A model generated the notes under the pieces. That model was given only the letters and a program-made list of their open reading frames with translations, was not told the origin of the DNA and ran no database searches. Positions 28,363-37,474 of a stretch of 64,000 nucleotides of DNA are shown one piece after another. Source of the DNA: Candidatus Pacebacteria bacterium CG2_30_36_39 (GTDB lineage: Bacteria; Patescibacteriota; Microgenomatia; UBA1400; PJMF01). Both the position numbers and the translations under genes were made by a program. Each line of letters begins with the position of its first letter. Position 1 is the stretch's first letter. Where the stretch lies: contig MNZB01000002.1 of assembly GCA_001873435.1 (NCBI GenBank), positions 1,620-65,619 of the forward strand, in the 5' to 3' direction.

Positions 28363-28383
28363 TTTAAAGTGGTTTAAAGTCAA

Positions 28384-28614
28384 TTAGGAGTTGTTCATTA
28401 AAAAAAGTTTGTTGGTTATTATTTTGCGTAGACTATTTGTTGGTGGTAATTGGTCTAGAGTTTGTTCTAATTCTTCTGCTGAAACAAAGATCGCTACAGA
28501 ATTAATGTCGTCAATGGTTAGGTTTAGTTTGTCTTTGAAGTTTTGTGGTAAGTTATTTAACTGTAATAGGGTTTTGCGTTGTTCTAGTGTTAGGGTAATT
28601 TCTCCTCTGTTCAT
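28384..28614 (-). CDS. Hypothetical small protein (76 aa) upstream of the cop operon on the same strand
   Basis: Well-behaved composition (MNRGEITLTLEQRKTLLQLNNLPQNF...). The overlapping plus-strand ORF 28391-28630 is Cys/Ser-rich and rejected. Confidence 0.3.
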   Translation of the reverse strand: MNRGEITLTLEQRKTLLQLNNLPQNFKDKLNLTIDDINSVAIFVSAEELEQTLDQLPPTNSLRKIITNKLFLMNNS

Positions 28615-28685
28615 AAGCTTATTGTACTAGGATATTTTTTTATTGCCTAATAAGAGGTTTCAGCGTACAATACCAGAGTTCTAAT

Positions 28686-28757
28686 GCACCCATAGTTTAA
28701 GGGATAGAACAGTGGTTTGCGGAACCACTAATCCAGGTTCGAGTCCTGGTGGGTGCA
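28686..28757 (+). tRNA. tRNA-Arg, anticodon GCG (unusual), no encoded CCA
   Basis: Manual cloverleaf. Acceptor GCACCCA/TGGGTGC, discriminator A. D-arm GTTT/GAAC. Anticodon stem GTGGT/ACCAC with loop TTGCGGA (anticodon GCG, G37). T-arm CCAGG-TTCGAGT-CCTGG. Confidence 0.65.
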
Positions 28758-28794
28758 CTTTTTACAATATTTTTTAGCATGGTAGAAAGATTTA

Positions 28795-29610
28795 TTGATG
28801 TTGGATTTACAACAAGTTCGCCTAGCTATTTCTTCTCTTATTGATTTGACTGATGCTAAGATCATAGCTGGTTTTAGGGGTGGTTTGTTGTCTGTTAAGG
28901 ATAAGGGTGGAAGGGTTGAGACTAATCCAGTGACTGAGGTGGATGGGGCTGTTGAGGATTTGCTTAAAGAGCGTTTATTGAAAGAGTTTCCAGATATTGG
29001 TTTTGTAGGCGAAGAGCATGAGAATGTTATAAAAGAAGAATACAATTGGGTAGTTGATCCTATTGATGGGACTCATAATTTTTCTTTAAAGATTCCTGTT
29101 TTTGCTACTTCTGTGGCTTTATGGCAGAAAAATGAGCCAATTTATGGTGTGATGAGTTTTCCAATGCAGGATCTTAGGGTTGAGGTAATTAAAGACCAAG
29201 GTATCTGGGTTAATGGTGTTAAACAGGATGATTATGATGAGGCTGGTAAGTTTAGTAAGACCCCAGTGATTATGTTTGGGATGGTTGGAGCAAATCATTT
29301 GAAGACGGAGATTATTACTAAGATTGCTGAGCAATATGCTTTGCCTAGGTATGTGGGTAGTGCTGTTTATCATTTGATGATGGTTGGTCTTGGTAAGGCT
29401 GATGCGGCTGCTTTTTGGAATTTGGCTCCTTGGGATTTGGGTTTAGCTAAGTTATTAATGAAGGAGACTGGGCTTGAATACCAAGAGGTGGGTGAGGGTC
29501 TTAATCTTGATTTTAATGGTAAGGATCCTTATCGTTTTAAAGTGGTTTTGGGTAAACAGCCATACGTTAAGTCAGTAGCTGGGATTTTTTCTGAGTTATT
29601 GGATGATTAG
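28795..29610 (+). CDS. Inositol monophosphatase family protein (SuhB/IMPase-like)
   Basis: FVGEEHEN... and WVVDPIDGTHNF metal-binding motifs. Confidence 0.85.
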   Translation: MMLDLQQVRLAISSLIDLTDAKIIAGFRGGLLSVKDKGGRVETNPVTEVDGAVEDLLKERLLKEFPDIGFVGEEHENVIKEEYNWVVDPIDGTHNFSLKIPVFATSVALWQKNEPIYGVMSFPMQDLRVEVIKDQGIWVNGVKQDDYDEAGKFSKTPVIMFGMVGANHLKTEIITKIAEQYALPRYVGSAVYHLMMVGLGKADAAAFWNLAPWDLGLAKLLMKETGLEYQEVGEGLNLDFNGKDPYRFKVVLGKQPYVKSVAGIFSELLDD

Positions 29611-29614
29611 TATG

Positions 29615-29699
29615 GGAAGGGTCGCATAGTGGTCTATTGCACTGGTTTCGAAAACCAGCGCCCGCAAGGGCATCGTGAGTTCAAATCTCACCCCTTCCG
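29615..29699 (+). tRNA. tRNA-Ser (CGA), long variable arm, no encoded CCA
   Basis: Acceptor GGAAGGG/CCCTTCC, discriminator G. Anticodon stem-loop CTGGT-TTCGAAA-ACCAG. Long variable arm CGCCCGCAAGGGCATC. T-arm GTGAG-TTCAAAT-CTCAC. Confidence 0.8.
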
Positions 29700-29730
29700 C
29701 AAAGAATATTATTAATTAAAGAACAACGCA

Positions 29731-29982
29731 ATGAATGAAGAAGTAACTAAAGCCGCTTTAGAAAATGCCACTGTAGAAGACTTAAAGTTTTTATCAGTAG
29801 AAGAAAAAACCGCTCTTCTAAAAGCTCTTGATATTAAAAAAGCTAATTTCTCAATTACAACACCCTGGACAGAAAACAATCGTTTGGTTTGGCTAGCTTT
29901 AAAAGCTGAGCTAGAATCTGAACCAGAACCAGAAAAAATTACATTCATCGCAGAAAAAGATCGTAAACCCTGGCAAAGATAA
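29731..29982 (+). CDS. Hypothetical small acidic protein (83 aa)
   Basis: Plausible composition. The antisense ORF 29712-30008 is rejected as low-complexity. Confidence 0.3.
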   Translation: MNEEVTKAALENATVEDLKFLSVEEKTALLKALDIKKANFSITTPWTENNRLVWLALKAELESEPEPEKITFIAEKDRKPWQR

Positions 29983-30183
29983 ATTATAAACAATAAATAT
30001 TGTAACAAAATTATCCTATTAAAAACATTCTAAGGCCACTATTTGTCAAATTAGTGCTAGAATATAAGCTATAAATTGTTAAAGAAGAAATTATTCTTCA
30101 CTTAATTTATCTATATCGATTTCGATATTTTTGTTTATTACTTCTGTTTTGCCATACACAGCATCTAGAAGGAAAGGTTTTAT

Positions 30184-31251
30184 TTGTTGAAGCTCATTTA
30201 TAATTATTTTTCTCCTCATGGACTTGAAAAAAGTAAAAACATCAGCAACAGCTCACGTCTAGTATTAAAAGAAGCAGAAAAACTGGGTATTACTTGGAAG
30301 ATTATTCCTGGCACAGAAATCATTACCTTAAATTATCATGGCAAAGAAGAATCATATTTTCATCAGATCCCTACAAGCACCACAGCGCTGGGCATCTACG
30401 CCTGCAATAATAAGAAAACTACCATCAACCTATTGAGACAGGCTGGTCTTTGCGTGCCAAGAGGCTACAGAATTAGCAAAGAACACAATGAAGACTATCT
30501 AAAAGAAGTATTTAACTTTTTAGCTAAACCACTAGTAATAAAACCAGGTGGTGGAACCTGGGGGGAAAACATTACTGTCAATGTAACCTCATACAAAGAC
30601 TATTTAAATGCTATTAAGCTAGCTTTCAATTATTCTTCCAGAAAAACTGCGGGAGCCATTGTGGAAGAAATGTTTTTTGGAGAAGAATATCGAATTTTAT
30701 TAACTAGAAAAAAAATAATTGGAGTCTTACAAAGAATTCCTGCCAACGTCATTGGCGATGGAATTCTCACAATCAAAGAACTAATTAAACTAAAAAATCA
30801 AGAAGACATAAGAGGTTCCAAAGGCAGCGATAAGTCTCATCTACGCATAATCATTGATATTAAACTTAGAGAATATTTAAAAGAACAAAACCTTGATTTA
30901 GATAGTGTTGTCGAAAAAGGAAAAAGAATATATCTTCGCAAAGTTTCTAATGTCTCTCAGGGAGGAGATGCTATAGATTTCACTGATCAAGTACATCCCA
31001 GCGTTAAAAAAATTGCCTTGCAAGCAATTAATGCTATCCCTGGCCTTTCATTTGCTGGTTTGGATTTTATGAGTAAAGATATTACCAAAGAACAAACTAA
31101 AGGAAATTATGTGATCATCGAAGTCAATGACTCTCCAGGATTTGATATTCATGATTTTCCATATCAAGGAAAAAAACGTTATGCAGCTAGAGAATTTTTA
31201 TTTTTAATATTTCCAGAATTAAAATCCAACCTTGAACGTGATATAAAATAG
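30184..31251 (+). CDS. RimK-like ATP-grasp ligase (alpha-L-glutamate ligase family)
   Basis: SNVSQGGDAIDFTDQVHPSVKKIALQAINAIPGLSFAGLDFM aligns to RimK RSNLHRGGAASVA...ALDVAGVDIL. VNDSPGF matches VNASPGL. SD AGGAAAGG sits 7 nt before the TTG start. Confidence 0.65.
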   Translation: MLKLIYNYFSPHGLEKSKNISNSSRLVLKEAEKLGITWKIIPGTEIITLNYHGKEESYFHQIPTSTTALGIYACNNKKTTINLLRQAGLCVPRGYRISKEHNEDYLKEVFNFLAKPLVIKPGGGTWGENITVNVTSYKDYLNAIKLAFNYSSRKTAGAIVEEMFFGEEYRILLTRKKIIGVLQRIPANVIGDGILTIKELIKLKNQEDIRGSKGSDKSHLRIIIDIKLREYLKEQNLDLDSVVEKGKRIYLRKVSNVSQGGDAIDFTDQVHPSVKKIALQAINAIPGLSFAGLDFMSKDITKEQTKGNYVIIEVNDSPGFDIHDFPYQGKKRYAAREFLFLIFPELKSNLERDIK

Positions 31252-31255
31252 TTAT

Positions 31256-31594
31256 ATGTCACCACTAGAATTTGGCTTACGTAACCCAGAACAAGACTTC
31301 CAAGAGCAGAGTGAAATTCTTAAGGCCAATGGATGGGAGCTGGTTGATAAACCAGTATCCAAAGTAATAGTCAGCAAATTACCAGTCATTGGTTTGGAAT
31401 TTAAAGTAGATCAACAAAGTGGCTCACTATTCCAAAGAACAGACAAGGCCAAATCTTCTTTTAAACATAGCCTTGGCAGTGGCAAAACAACGACTTTTGT
31501 AACTAAATATATTTTTATTTCCAGAAAAAACTTTAGAGCCGGACTAAACTTTTATGCCGGTGGCACCATGATTGGTGCTTGCGACTTTGAATAA
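31256..31594 (+). CDS. Hypothetical 112-aa protein ending in -DFE, translationally coupled between the RimK-like ligase and the GIY-YIG gene
   Basis: Start is 4 nt after the ligase stop. Its stop overlaps the next start (TAATG). C-terminus ...GTMIGACDFE. Confidence 0.4.
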   Translation: MSPLEFGLRNPEQDFQEQSEILKANGWELVDKPVSKVIVSKLPVIGLEFKVDQQSGSLFQRTDKAKSSFKHSLGSGKTTTFVTKYIFISRKNFRAGLNFYAGGTMIGACDFE

Positions 31595-31854
31595 TGATAA
31601 ATTCAGTTAATAAAAAAAATTGGTGTATTTATATCTTATTATGCAGAGATGGATCTTTATATACGGGCTCCACAAACGACTTGGAGAATAGAATCAAAAC
31701 TCATTCCCTTGGTAAGGGAGCAAAATATACGAGAAGTCGTTTGCCAGTTAAATTATTTTATTTTGAAAATCTTATTAACCAGTCAGAAGCACTGAAAAGA
31801 GAAGCCCAAATAAAAAAACTTTCTAGAAAAGAAAAACTAAAACTTTCAAAATGA
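31594..31854 (+). CDS. GIY-YIG nuclease-family small protein (UPF0213-like)
   Basis: CIYILLCRDGSLYTGSTNDLENRIKTH. GIY-YIG core. 86 aa. Confidence 0.8.
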   Translation: MINSVNKKNWCIYILLCRDGSLYTGSTNDLENRIKTHSLGKGAKYTRSRLPVKLFYFENLINQSEALKREAQIKKLSRKEKLKLSK

Positions 31855-31915
31855 AACAATAAAAAATATTGATAATCGTGATACTATTCTATTTAGGTTT
31901 TACTCTATAAAACAA

Positions 31916-32947
31916 TTGAATGAGTCGATGAATAAAACAAAAACTTGGAAAGTTGCTCTAATTGGTTGTGGTAGATTTGGAGAAAAAAGACTAATGTCCT
32001 GTTTGTCTTTAAAAGACAAACTTGAATTGGTTGCTATTTGCGATGAAGACAATAATAAACTGACAAAAATATCCACAAAATTTAAATTAAATAATATTTC
32101 TTCTTATCTAGATTACAAAAAGTTATTCAAAGAACAAAAACTAGACTTAGTTATCATTGCTACGCCTAATTTTTTGCATGCAACCATAGCAAAAACAGCA
32201 CTAAAAAACGGCATTAACGTATTAATTGAAAAACCAATTGCTCATACATTAGCAGCTGCAAAAATCCTACAAAAATTAGTGGATAAAACACCAGACAAAA
32301 AAAATCCTTGGATAAAAATTGGTTCCAACCATCGCTTTATTGGTCCTTTGAAATATCTTATTAATAGGGTTGAAAAGAAAGACTTTGGCAAAATATATGC
32401 AGTCCAAGCCTCTATTGGCACGAATGCAAATAGCACTCAAACTTGTTGGTTTGCAAATAAATTGATGTCTGGGGGTGGGGCATTATTGGATAATGGATTT
32501 CATTTGGTAGAAATAGCAACATCATTTTTAGAACCAATAGACAGAGTCACTGGCCAAATTAATAATTATCATTTTACTAAGTCATCGGTTGAAGACAATG
32601 CAACGGCTATATTGATAAGTAAAACAGGACAAAAAGCAGTTTTATCCAGCAGTTGGACTCAATGGGGAGATTATTTGCACTTAGAACTTTGGTCTGAAAA
32701 AGCTCAAATTGTAGTTAGGGTTGGTTTGCATAATGATATCCAAATTAATTGGTGCGATCCTGCAAAACTAGAAGTCATAACAGAATTTGGAAACACCAGC
32801 TCCCATGACCAAGAGCTAGAATATTTAGTTAATTGTTTAAGTAACAATAAAATTCCTTTACCATCATTTTCAACAATGCTCAGAACACAAGAAATAATTG
32901 AAGCAGTTTATTCTGGAGCAAAACAAGTTAAGTGGAAAAAAATATGA
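31916..32947 (+). CDS. Gfo/Idh/MocA-family NAD(P)-dependent sugar oxidoreductase
   Basis: Rossmann N-terminus WKVALIGCGRFGEKR. ATPNFLHATIAKTALKNGINVLIEKPIA. Confidence 0.85.
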   Translation: MNESMNKTKTWKVALIGCGRFGEKRLMSCLSLKDKLELVAICDEDNNKLTKISTKFKLNNISSYLDYKKLFKEQKLDLVIIATPNFLHATIAKTALKNGINVLIEKPIAHTLAAAKILQKLVDKTPDKKNPWIKIGSNHRFIGPLKYLINRVEKKDFGKIYAVQASIGTNANSTQTCWFANKLMSGGGALLDNGFHLVEIATSFLEPIDRVTGQINNYHFTKSSVEDNATAILISKTGQKAVLSSSWTQWGDYLHLELWSEKAQIVVRVGLHNDIQINWCDPAKLEVITEFGNTSSHDQELEYLVNCLSNNKIPLPSFSTMLRTQEIIEAVYSGAKQVKWKKI

Positions 32948-34059
32948 TCCCTGTTAATAGACCAAAAACTCCTAAAAAATCTTTGCAATATACAAAAAAA
33001 TGTTTAAAGAGCGGTTGGCTCTCTAGCTTGGGTTCATACGTAACTGAATTTGAACAATCATTCGCAAAATATATTGGTGTTAAATATGCAGTTAGCGTTA
33101 ATTCTGGTACAACTGCTCTACACACTGCTCTATTGGGATTGGGAATTGGCTCAGGAGATGAAGTGATTTTGCCAGCTTCAACCATTGGCTCATGTTATTT
33201 TGCTATTTGGTATGTTGGAGCCAAAGCAGTTGCAGTTGACGTTGATCCTAGGAGCTATAACATTGATCCAAATCTTATTGAGGCAAAAATTACCAATAAA
33301 ACCAAAGCAATCATGGTAGTTCATTTATATGGTCAGCCAGCTGAAATGAATGCCATTATGAAGATTGCCAAAAAACATAAGCTCATGGTTATAGAAGATG
33401 CAGCTGAAGCTCATGGAGCAGAGTATTATGGCAAAAAAGTAGGTAGTATTGGTGATGTTGCTTGCTTTAGTTTTTACGCTAATAAAATTGTTACCAGTGG
33501 CGAGGGCGGAATGGTAATAACAAATAATAAGAAGTTGGCTGATAAATGTAGAAAACTACGTAATTATAATTTTTCTCCCAAAAAAAGATTCATTCATGAC
33601 GGTATCGGTTACAACTATGTAATGAGCAATCTTCAAGCTGCGATCGGGCTTGCTTCATTGGAAGAAATAAGTAGCTCTTTGGCTTATAAACAAAAGCTAG
33701 CTAGTTTTTATACTAAGTCTTTAAAAGACATAAACGGATTACAATTACCAATAGAAATTCCTAACTGTAAAAATGCTCATTGGATGTATGTTGTCTTGGT
33801 TGATAAAAAGAAATTTGGTTTAAGTAGAGATCAGCTTTCAGAAAAGTTAATGTCTGAATATGGAATTCAAACCAGAGATTTTTTCTACCCGCCAGAATTG
33901 GCATTTCCTTTTTGCAATGATTTCAAGAATAAAGAAAATCCTATTGCGGCAAAAATTGCGAGAGATGGATTATATTTGCCATCCGGCATAGGTAATACTA
34001 TGAGTGAATTTAGGTTGACTGTAAAAGCAATTAAGAGTCTTTATAGTGGCAATCAATAA
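32932..34059 (+). CDS. DegT/DnrJ/EryC1/StrS-family PLP-dependent sugar aminotransferase
   Basis: Full-length similarity to the family pattern (SVNSGTTALHTALLGLGIG.GDEVILPA...). A Lys-containing block lies near ANKIVTSGEGG. Confidence 0.9.
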   Translation: MEKNMIPVNRPKTPKKSLQYTKKCLKSGWLSSLGSYVTEFEQSFAKYIGVKYAVSVNSGTTALHTALLGLGIGSGDEVILPASTIGSCYFAIWYVGAKAVAVDVDPRSYNIDPNLIEAKITNKTKAIMVVHLYGQPAEMNAIMKIAKKHKLMVIEDAAEAHGAEYYGKKVGSIGDVACFSFYANKIVTSGEGGMVITNNKKLADKCRKLRNYNFSPKKRFIHDGIGYNYVMSNLQAAIGLASLEEISSSLAYKQKLASFYTKSLKDINGLQLPIEIPNCKNAHWMYVVLVDKKKFGLSRDQLSEKLMSEYGIQTRDFFYPPELAFPFCNDFKNKENPIAAKIARDGLYLPSGIGNTMSEFRLTVKAIKSLYSGNQ

Positions 34060-35719
34060 TTAAATAAAAATCTGTATTATAATTTTTAACTTGTTCACAA
34101 CCATCCAATAGTTCCAACAGCAATTGGAAGAAATTAGTTTCATTCCAAGTATTGAAATTTTCATAAATATACTGATTGATAGCGAAAACAAAATGCTTGC
34201 TATTAACAGCTTGCCACTCTGGAAGCAGATAAATCTTATCTAAGTTTAGACAAGTATTTTTATATTCCTCATCACTTAATTTTGTTTTTAGTTGACTACA
34301 ATTTAATAAATGATTTTTTAGAAGATTATTTAATCTTAATTGTTGTTTTTCAAAAACACTATTCTCTTTGTACTCAAAGACAACACTTTCCCAGAATGGA
34401 AATAAAATTAGTTGTGTTTTATCATCAACCAAATTGGTAGTATTTTTGATTAAACTATCAATTATTAGTCCACTATAAAAATAGCTGTCATGATGAAAAT
34501 CATAACCTTCTGAATCTTTTATAAAATTATACCTAGCTAAATATTGAAATATTCCAGTTATTAGAATAATGATAAAAACTATTATTTTTACATTATTTTT
34601 AACTTGTTTATTTTTTATAAAAACAATCCAAGTATATATGAGTATTGGAATAATTAGACAAATTAATAGGGCTGGAATTACCCAACCCCTAAGTAAAAGA
34701 ATTGCTGGTAAAAAATTAGAAATAACCAAGAAAGAACTAGTTAGTAAAACAAACCAAGTAGAGAGAAAATTTAGAATAGGATTTGGCTTGTTTTTGAGAT
34801 ATTTATTTAAATTAAATATCATCCAAATGAAAAATATAAATATAAAAATAGGTAAGTAGTTATCTTTAACAAGATAACTATAGGTATTAATAGACATTAA
34901 TTCTGAAATTAGTTTTATTAATGAATTGATCGGAGCGAAACTTTGATTGTTTGTAATTACTTTATTGAAGTTTATTAGTGAATAATATATTCCGATTATT
35001 ATAATTGGAATAATTGATAAGACTAAAATTTTAATTTGTTTTTTTAACCAATCCACTTGCTCTTTTTTTTGTTTGTAGATTCCAATAGCAAAAAAACTAA
35101 CAAATAAACTACCCATGAATGGGTAAAATAAAAATGAAGTTAAAACACCAAAAAAACAAAAGATTGCCAGCATTTTAAAATATTTGGTAATATTTTTATT
35201 TTTATTTATTAAAGCATCTAAAATTTTAACGCCATAATAAATAACTCCAGCACCAATAAATTGCAGAATGCTATAGTCTCTAATTGGCCAACTAGTATGA
35301 ATTAAAACAGGATGAAGACTGGCAAACAATAATCCGTAAATAGCCAGCTCTTTATTAATTGTTTTTAATGTTTTAAATAAAATAAACAAAGCACCAAGTG
35401 AAAACAATAAACTTGGAATTCTTAAAAACAAATAATTATCAGAAACATTCAAAAGAATTTTGGTGATTAGATATAAGATTGATGGGCGATCATCTGGTGG
35501 AGTAATAACGTGCTGAATATAGGTATTATCTTGAGAAATTTGGTAAGTAAATCTTTCGTCTAATCCTAATTTAGCCGTAAAACTTAGATAAGCTCTCAAG
35601 ATGAAAGCAATAAAAAAGATTGCTATTATCACTTGGTTGTAGCTAATTTTAAAAGATTTATTATTTATTAACATAAATATTGTACTTAGAGCATAGTGTC
35701 TATCTGGTTTTATTGTCAA
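34031..35719 (-). CDS. GT-C fold glycosyltransferase, ArnT/PMT-like (paralog 1)
   Basis: About 14 TMs. First-loop acidic motif GLDERFTYQISQD. Confidence 0.55.
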   Translation of the reverse strand: MTIKPDRHYALSTIFMLINNKSFKISYNQVIIAIFFIAFILRAYLSFTAKLGLDERFTYQISQDNTYIQHVITPPDDRPSILYLITKILLNVSDNYLFLRIPSLLFSLGALFILFKTLKTINKELAIYGLLFASLHPVLIHTSWPIRDYSILQFIGAGVIYYGVKILDALINKNKNITKYFKMLAIFCFFGVLTSFLFYPFMGSLFVSFFAIGIYKQKKEQVDWLKKQIKILVLSIIPIIIIGIYYSLINFNKVITNNQSFAPINSLIKLISELMSINTYSYLVKDNYLPIFIFIFFIWMIFNLNKYLKNKPNPILNFLSTWFVLLTSSFLVISNFLPAILLLRGWVIPALLICLIIPILIYTWIVFIKNKQVKNNVKIIVFIIILITGIFQYLARYNFIKDSEGYDFHHDSYFYSGLIIDSLIKNTTNLVDDKTQLILFPFWESVVFEYKENSVFEKQQLRLNNLLKNHLLNCSQLKTKLSDEEYKNTCLNLDKIYLLPEWQAVNSKHFVFAINQYIYENFNTWNETNFFQLLLELLDGCEQVKNYNTDFYLIIDCHYKDS

Positions 35720-35766
35720 TCTCTTTTGCTTTGCGGATTAGGTTTTATGTGTAAGAATGGAGCCAT

Positions 35767-37455
35767 ATGTTTTTGCTAAAGAAAAAAAGCTTTTTTTCTT
35801 GGGATAAGGTCTCAAAGTTATTGGTTTCGTATTTTCCATTATTTTTAATTATTATTATTGCCCTTTATCTCCGTCTAAATCATCTAAACAGATCTGTCTG
35901 GTTGCAACCAGGATATGACGAGAGTAGAGACATGTTGGTTGCCAGCCACATTATTAATAACGGAGAAAATATCAACAGAGGTCCTTTGGCAGCTGGAGGA
36001 ATGAATTGGTTGCAAAATTCACCATTTTATTACTACTTAGTGAGTTGTATTTGGTTTATTACTAAAAATCCAGTTTCTTTTATGTATTTTTGGGCAGTTT
36101 TAATGACAACCCCAGTGATATTGGGTTATTTAATTGGATCAAAGCTAAAAGATTCTAGGCTTGGTTATATTTTAGCAACTATTTTGGCTGTTAATTATCA
36201 AATGGTATACAGTAGTAGAGAATTATTACAACCACATTTGCTTTTAATTTTTTCTTTGGCTTTTATCTTAGCTACTATTTCATTTTTAAAAACTAAAAAA
36301 AGAAAATTATTTTATTTAAATTTATTAATATTTTTATTATTTTTCCCAATTCACATACATTATGGAGTATTAATAGTTTTGCCGATTGGTTTTGTTTTTA
36401 GTTTTTATCATTGGATAAAACTTAATAAAGATAATCATTATTCTTCCTTGGGTATTATTTTTTGGCCAGTAATGGTGTTGTTTAATATATTTTTATCATG
36501 GTTGTTTTTAACTTTTAAAGAGAAACCATTTGATCAGCTGTATTTTTTAAAATTTAATAATGAAGCAAAAGATATTTCCAGTGTTGTAGATGTTGTAAAA
36601 CAAATGTACCTATTACTCAATAAAATGATTTGGGGTAGTGAATCTTTGCCAAAATATTTGCTTCTAATTATTTTTGTTGGCTTTTTTATAGTTGTATATC
36701 GTTTTTTGGGTACAAGAAAAAATATATATAAGTTTGTTAAGTCAGTTGATTCTAAATTAATTTCTTTTTTAATAATATTTTCTTCATCTTTATTATTATT
36801 TTATTTTTATCATTGGAATATTTCTGCAACCTATATTTTATATATTTTTCCTTTTATTTTAGTGCTTTTTTCATATCTACTTTATAGTTTGTTTTCAGTT
36901 AATAAATATCTTGCTTTTGGTTGTATTGGTTTTGTAATTTTAAATATGCTTCTTATGACTGATTTCAATATTAAAAATAATTTACCAGTCAAATCTTTTC
37001 ACGATCAACAACAAGAACTTGCAAAAATAATTTATGATGACTACAAAAAGTCAGCTGTAGAAGATGATAGTTTTACTCAACCAAGATTATTATTAACTTG
37101 GTACACCACAATCAAAAATATGCCTTATGACGCTTGGGGTACTAGTGGTGTTTGGTTTTATTTGGAAAATTATTTTAATGAGCCTTTGGTATATAACGTA
37201 AATTATGGTTTGAATCATGCTCCATTATTTAGAGATCCAAAAATACTTTATATGGTTTGCGATCATCGTCGTGATTCTGATTTGATTAAAGCAGAATGTT
37301 TAGATAGATTTTTAGATTCATATCCGGTTAATCTTGAAACTCTAAAAGAATTATCGGTTGGACAATATATCTCATTATGGAGAATTGAATTGAGAGATGA
37401 CACTAATGTTCCTATTAGAAATGTTGTTCATAAAGATTATTTAATTAAGAATTAA
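35767..37455 (+). CDS. GT-C fold glycosyltransferase, ArnT/PMT-like (paralog 2), with C-terminal soluble domain
   Basis: YDESRDMLVASHI...NSPFYYYL resembles the ArnT first-loop block. Polytopic N-terminal ~400 aa. Confidence 0.55.
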   Translation: MFLLKKKSFFSWDKVSKLLVSYFPLFLIIIIALYLRLNHLNRSVWLQPGYDESRDMLVASHIINNGENINRGPLAAGGMNWLQNSPFYYYLVSCIWFITKNPVSFMYFWAVLMTTPVILGYLIGSKLKDSRLGYILATILAVNYQMVYSSRELLQPHLLLIFSLAFILATISFLKTKKRKLFYLNLLIFLLFFPIHIHYGVLIVLPIGFVFSFYHWIKLNKDNHYSSLGIIFWPVMVLFNIFLSWLFLTFKEKPFDQLYFLKFNNEAKDISSVVDVVKQMYLLLNKMIWGSESLPKYLLLIIFVGFFIVVYRFLGTRKNIYKFVKSVDSKLISFLIIFSSSLLLFYFYHWNISATYILYIFPFILVLFSYLLYSLFSVNKYLAFGCIGFVILNMLLMTDFNIKNNLPVKSFHDQQQELAKIIYDDYKKSAVEDDSFTQPRLLLTWYTTIKNMPYDAWGTSGVWFYLENYFNEPLVYNVNYGLNHAPLFRDPKILYMVCDHRRDSDLIKAECLDRFLDSYPVNLETLKELSVGQYISLWRIELRDDTNVPIRNVVHKDYLIKN

Positions 37456-37474
37456 TTCATTATGAAATAGAAAA

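Noticed and set aside
28391-28630. Plus-strand ORF (79 aa) right after an AGGAG
   Set aside because: Cys/Ser-rich, low-complexity translation. The SD abuts the start with zero spacing. The antisense ORF 28384-28614 has a far more protein-like composition.
29712-30008. Minus-strand ORF antisense to the 83-aa acidic protein
   Set aside because: Ser/Gly/Phe-rich, low-complexity. The plus-strand reading is more plausible, though neither is certain.
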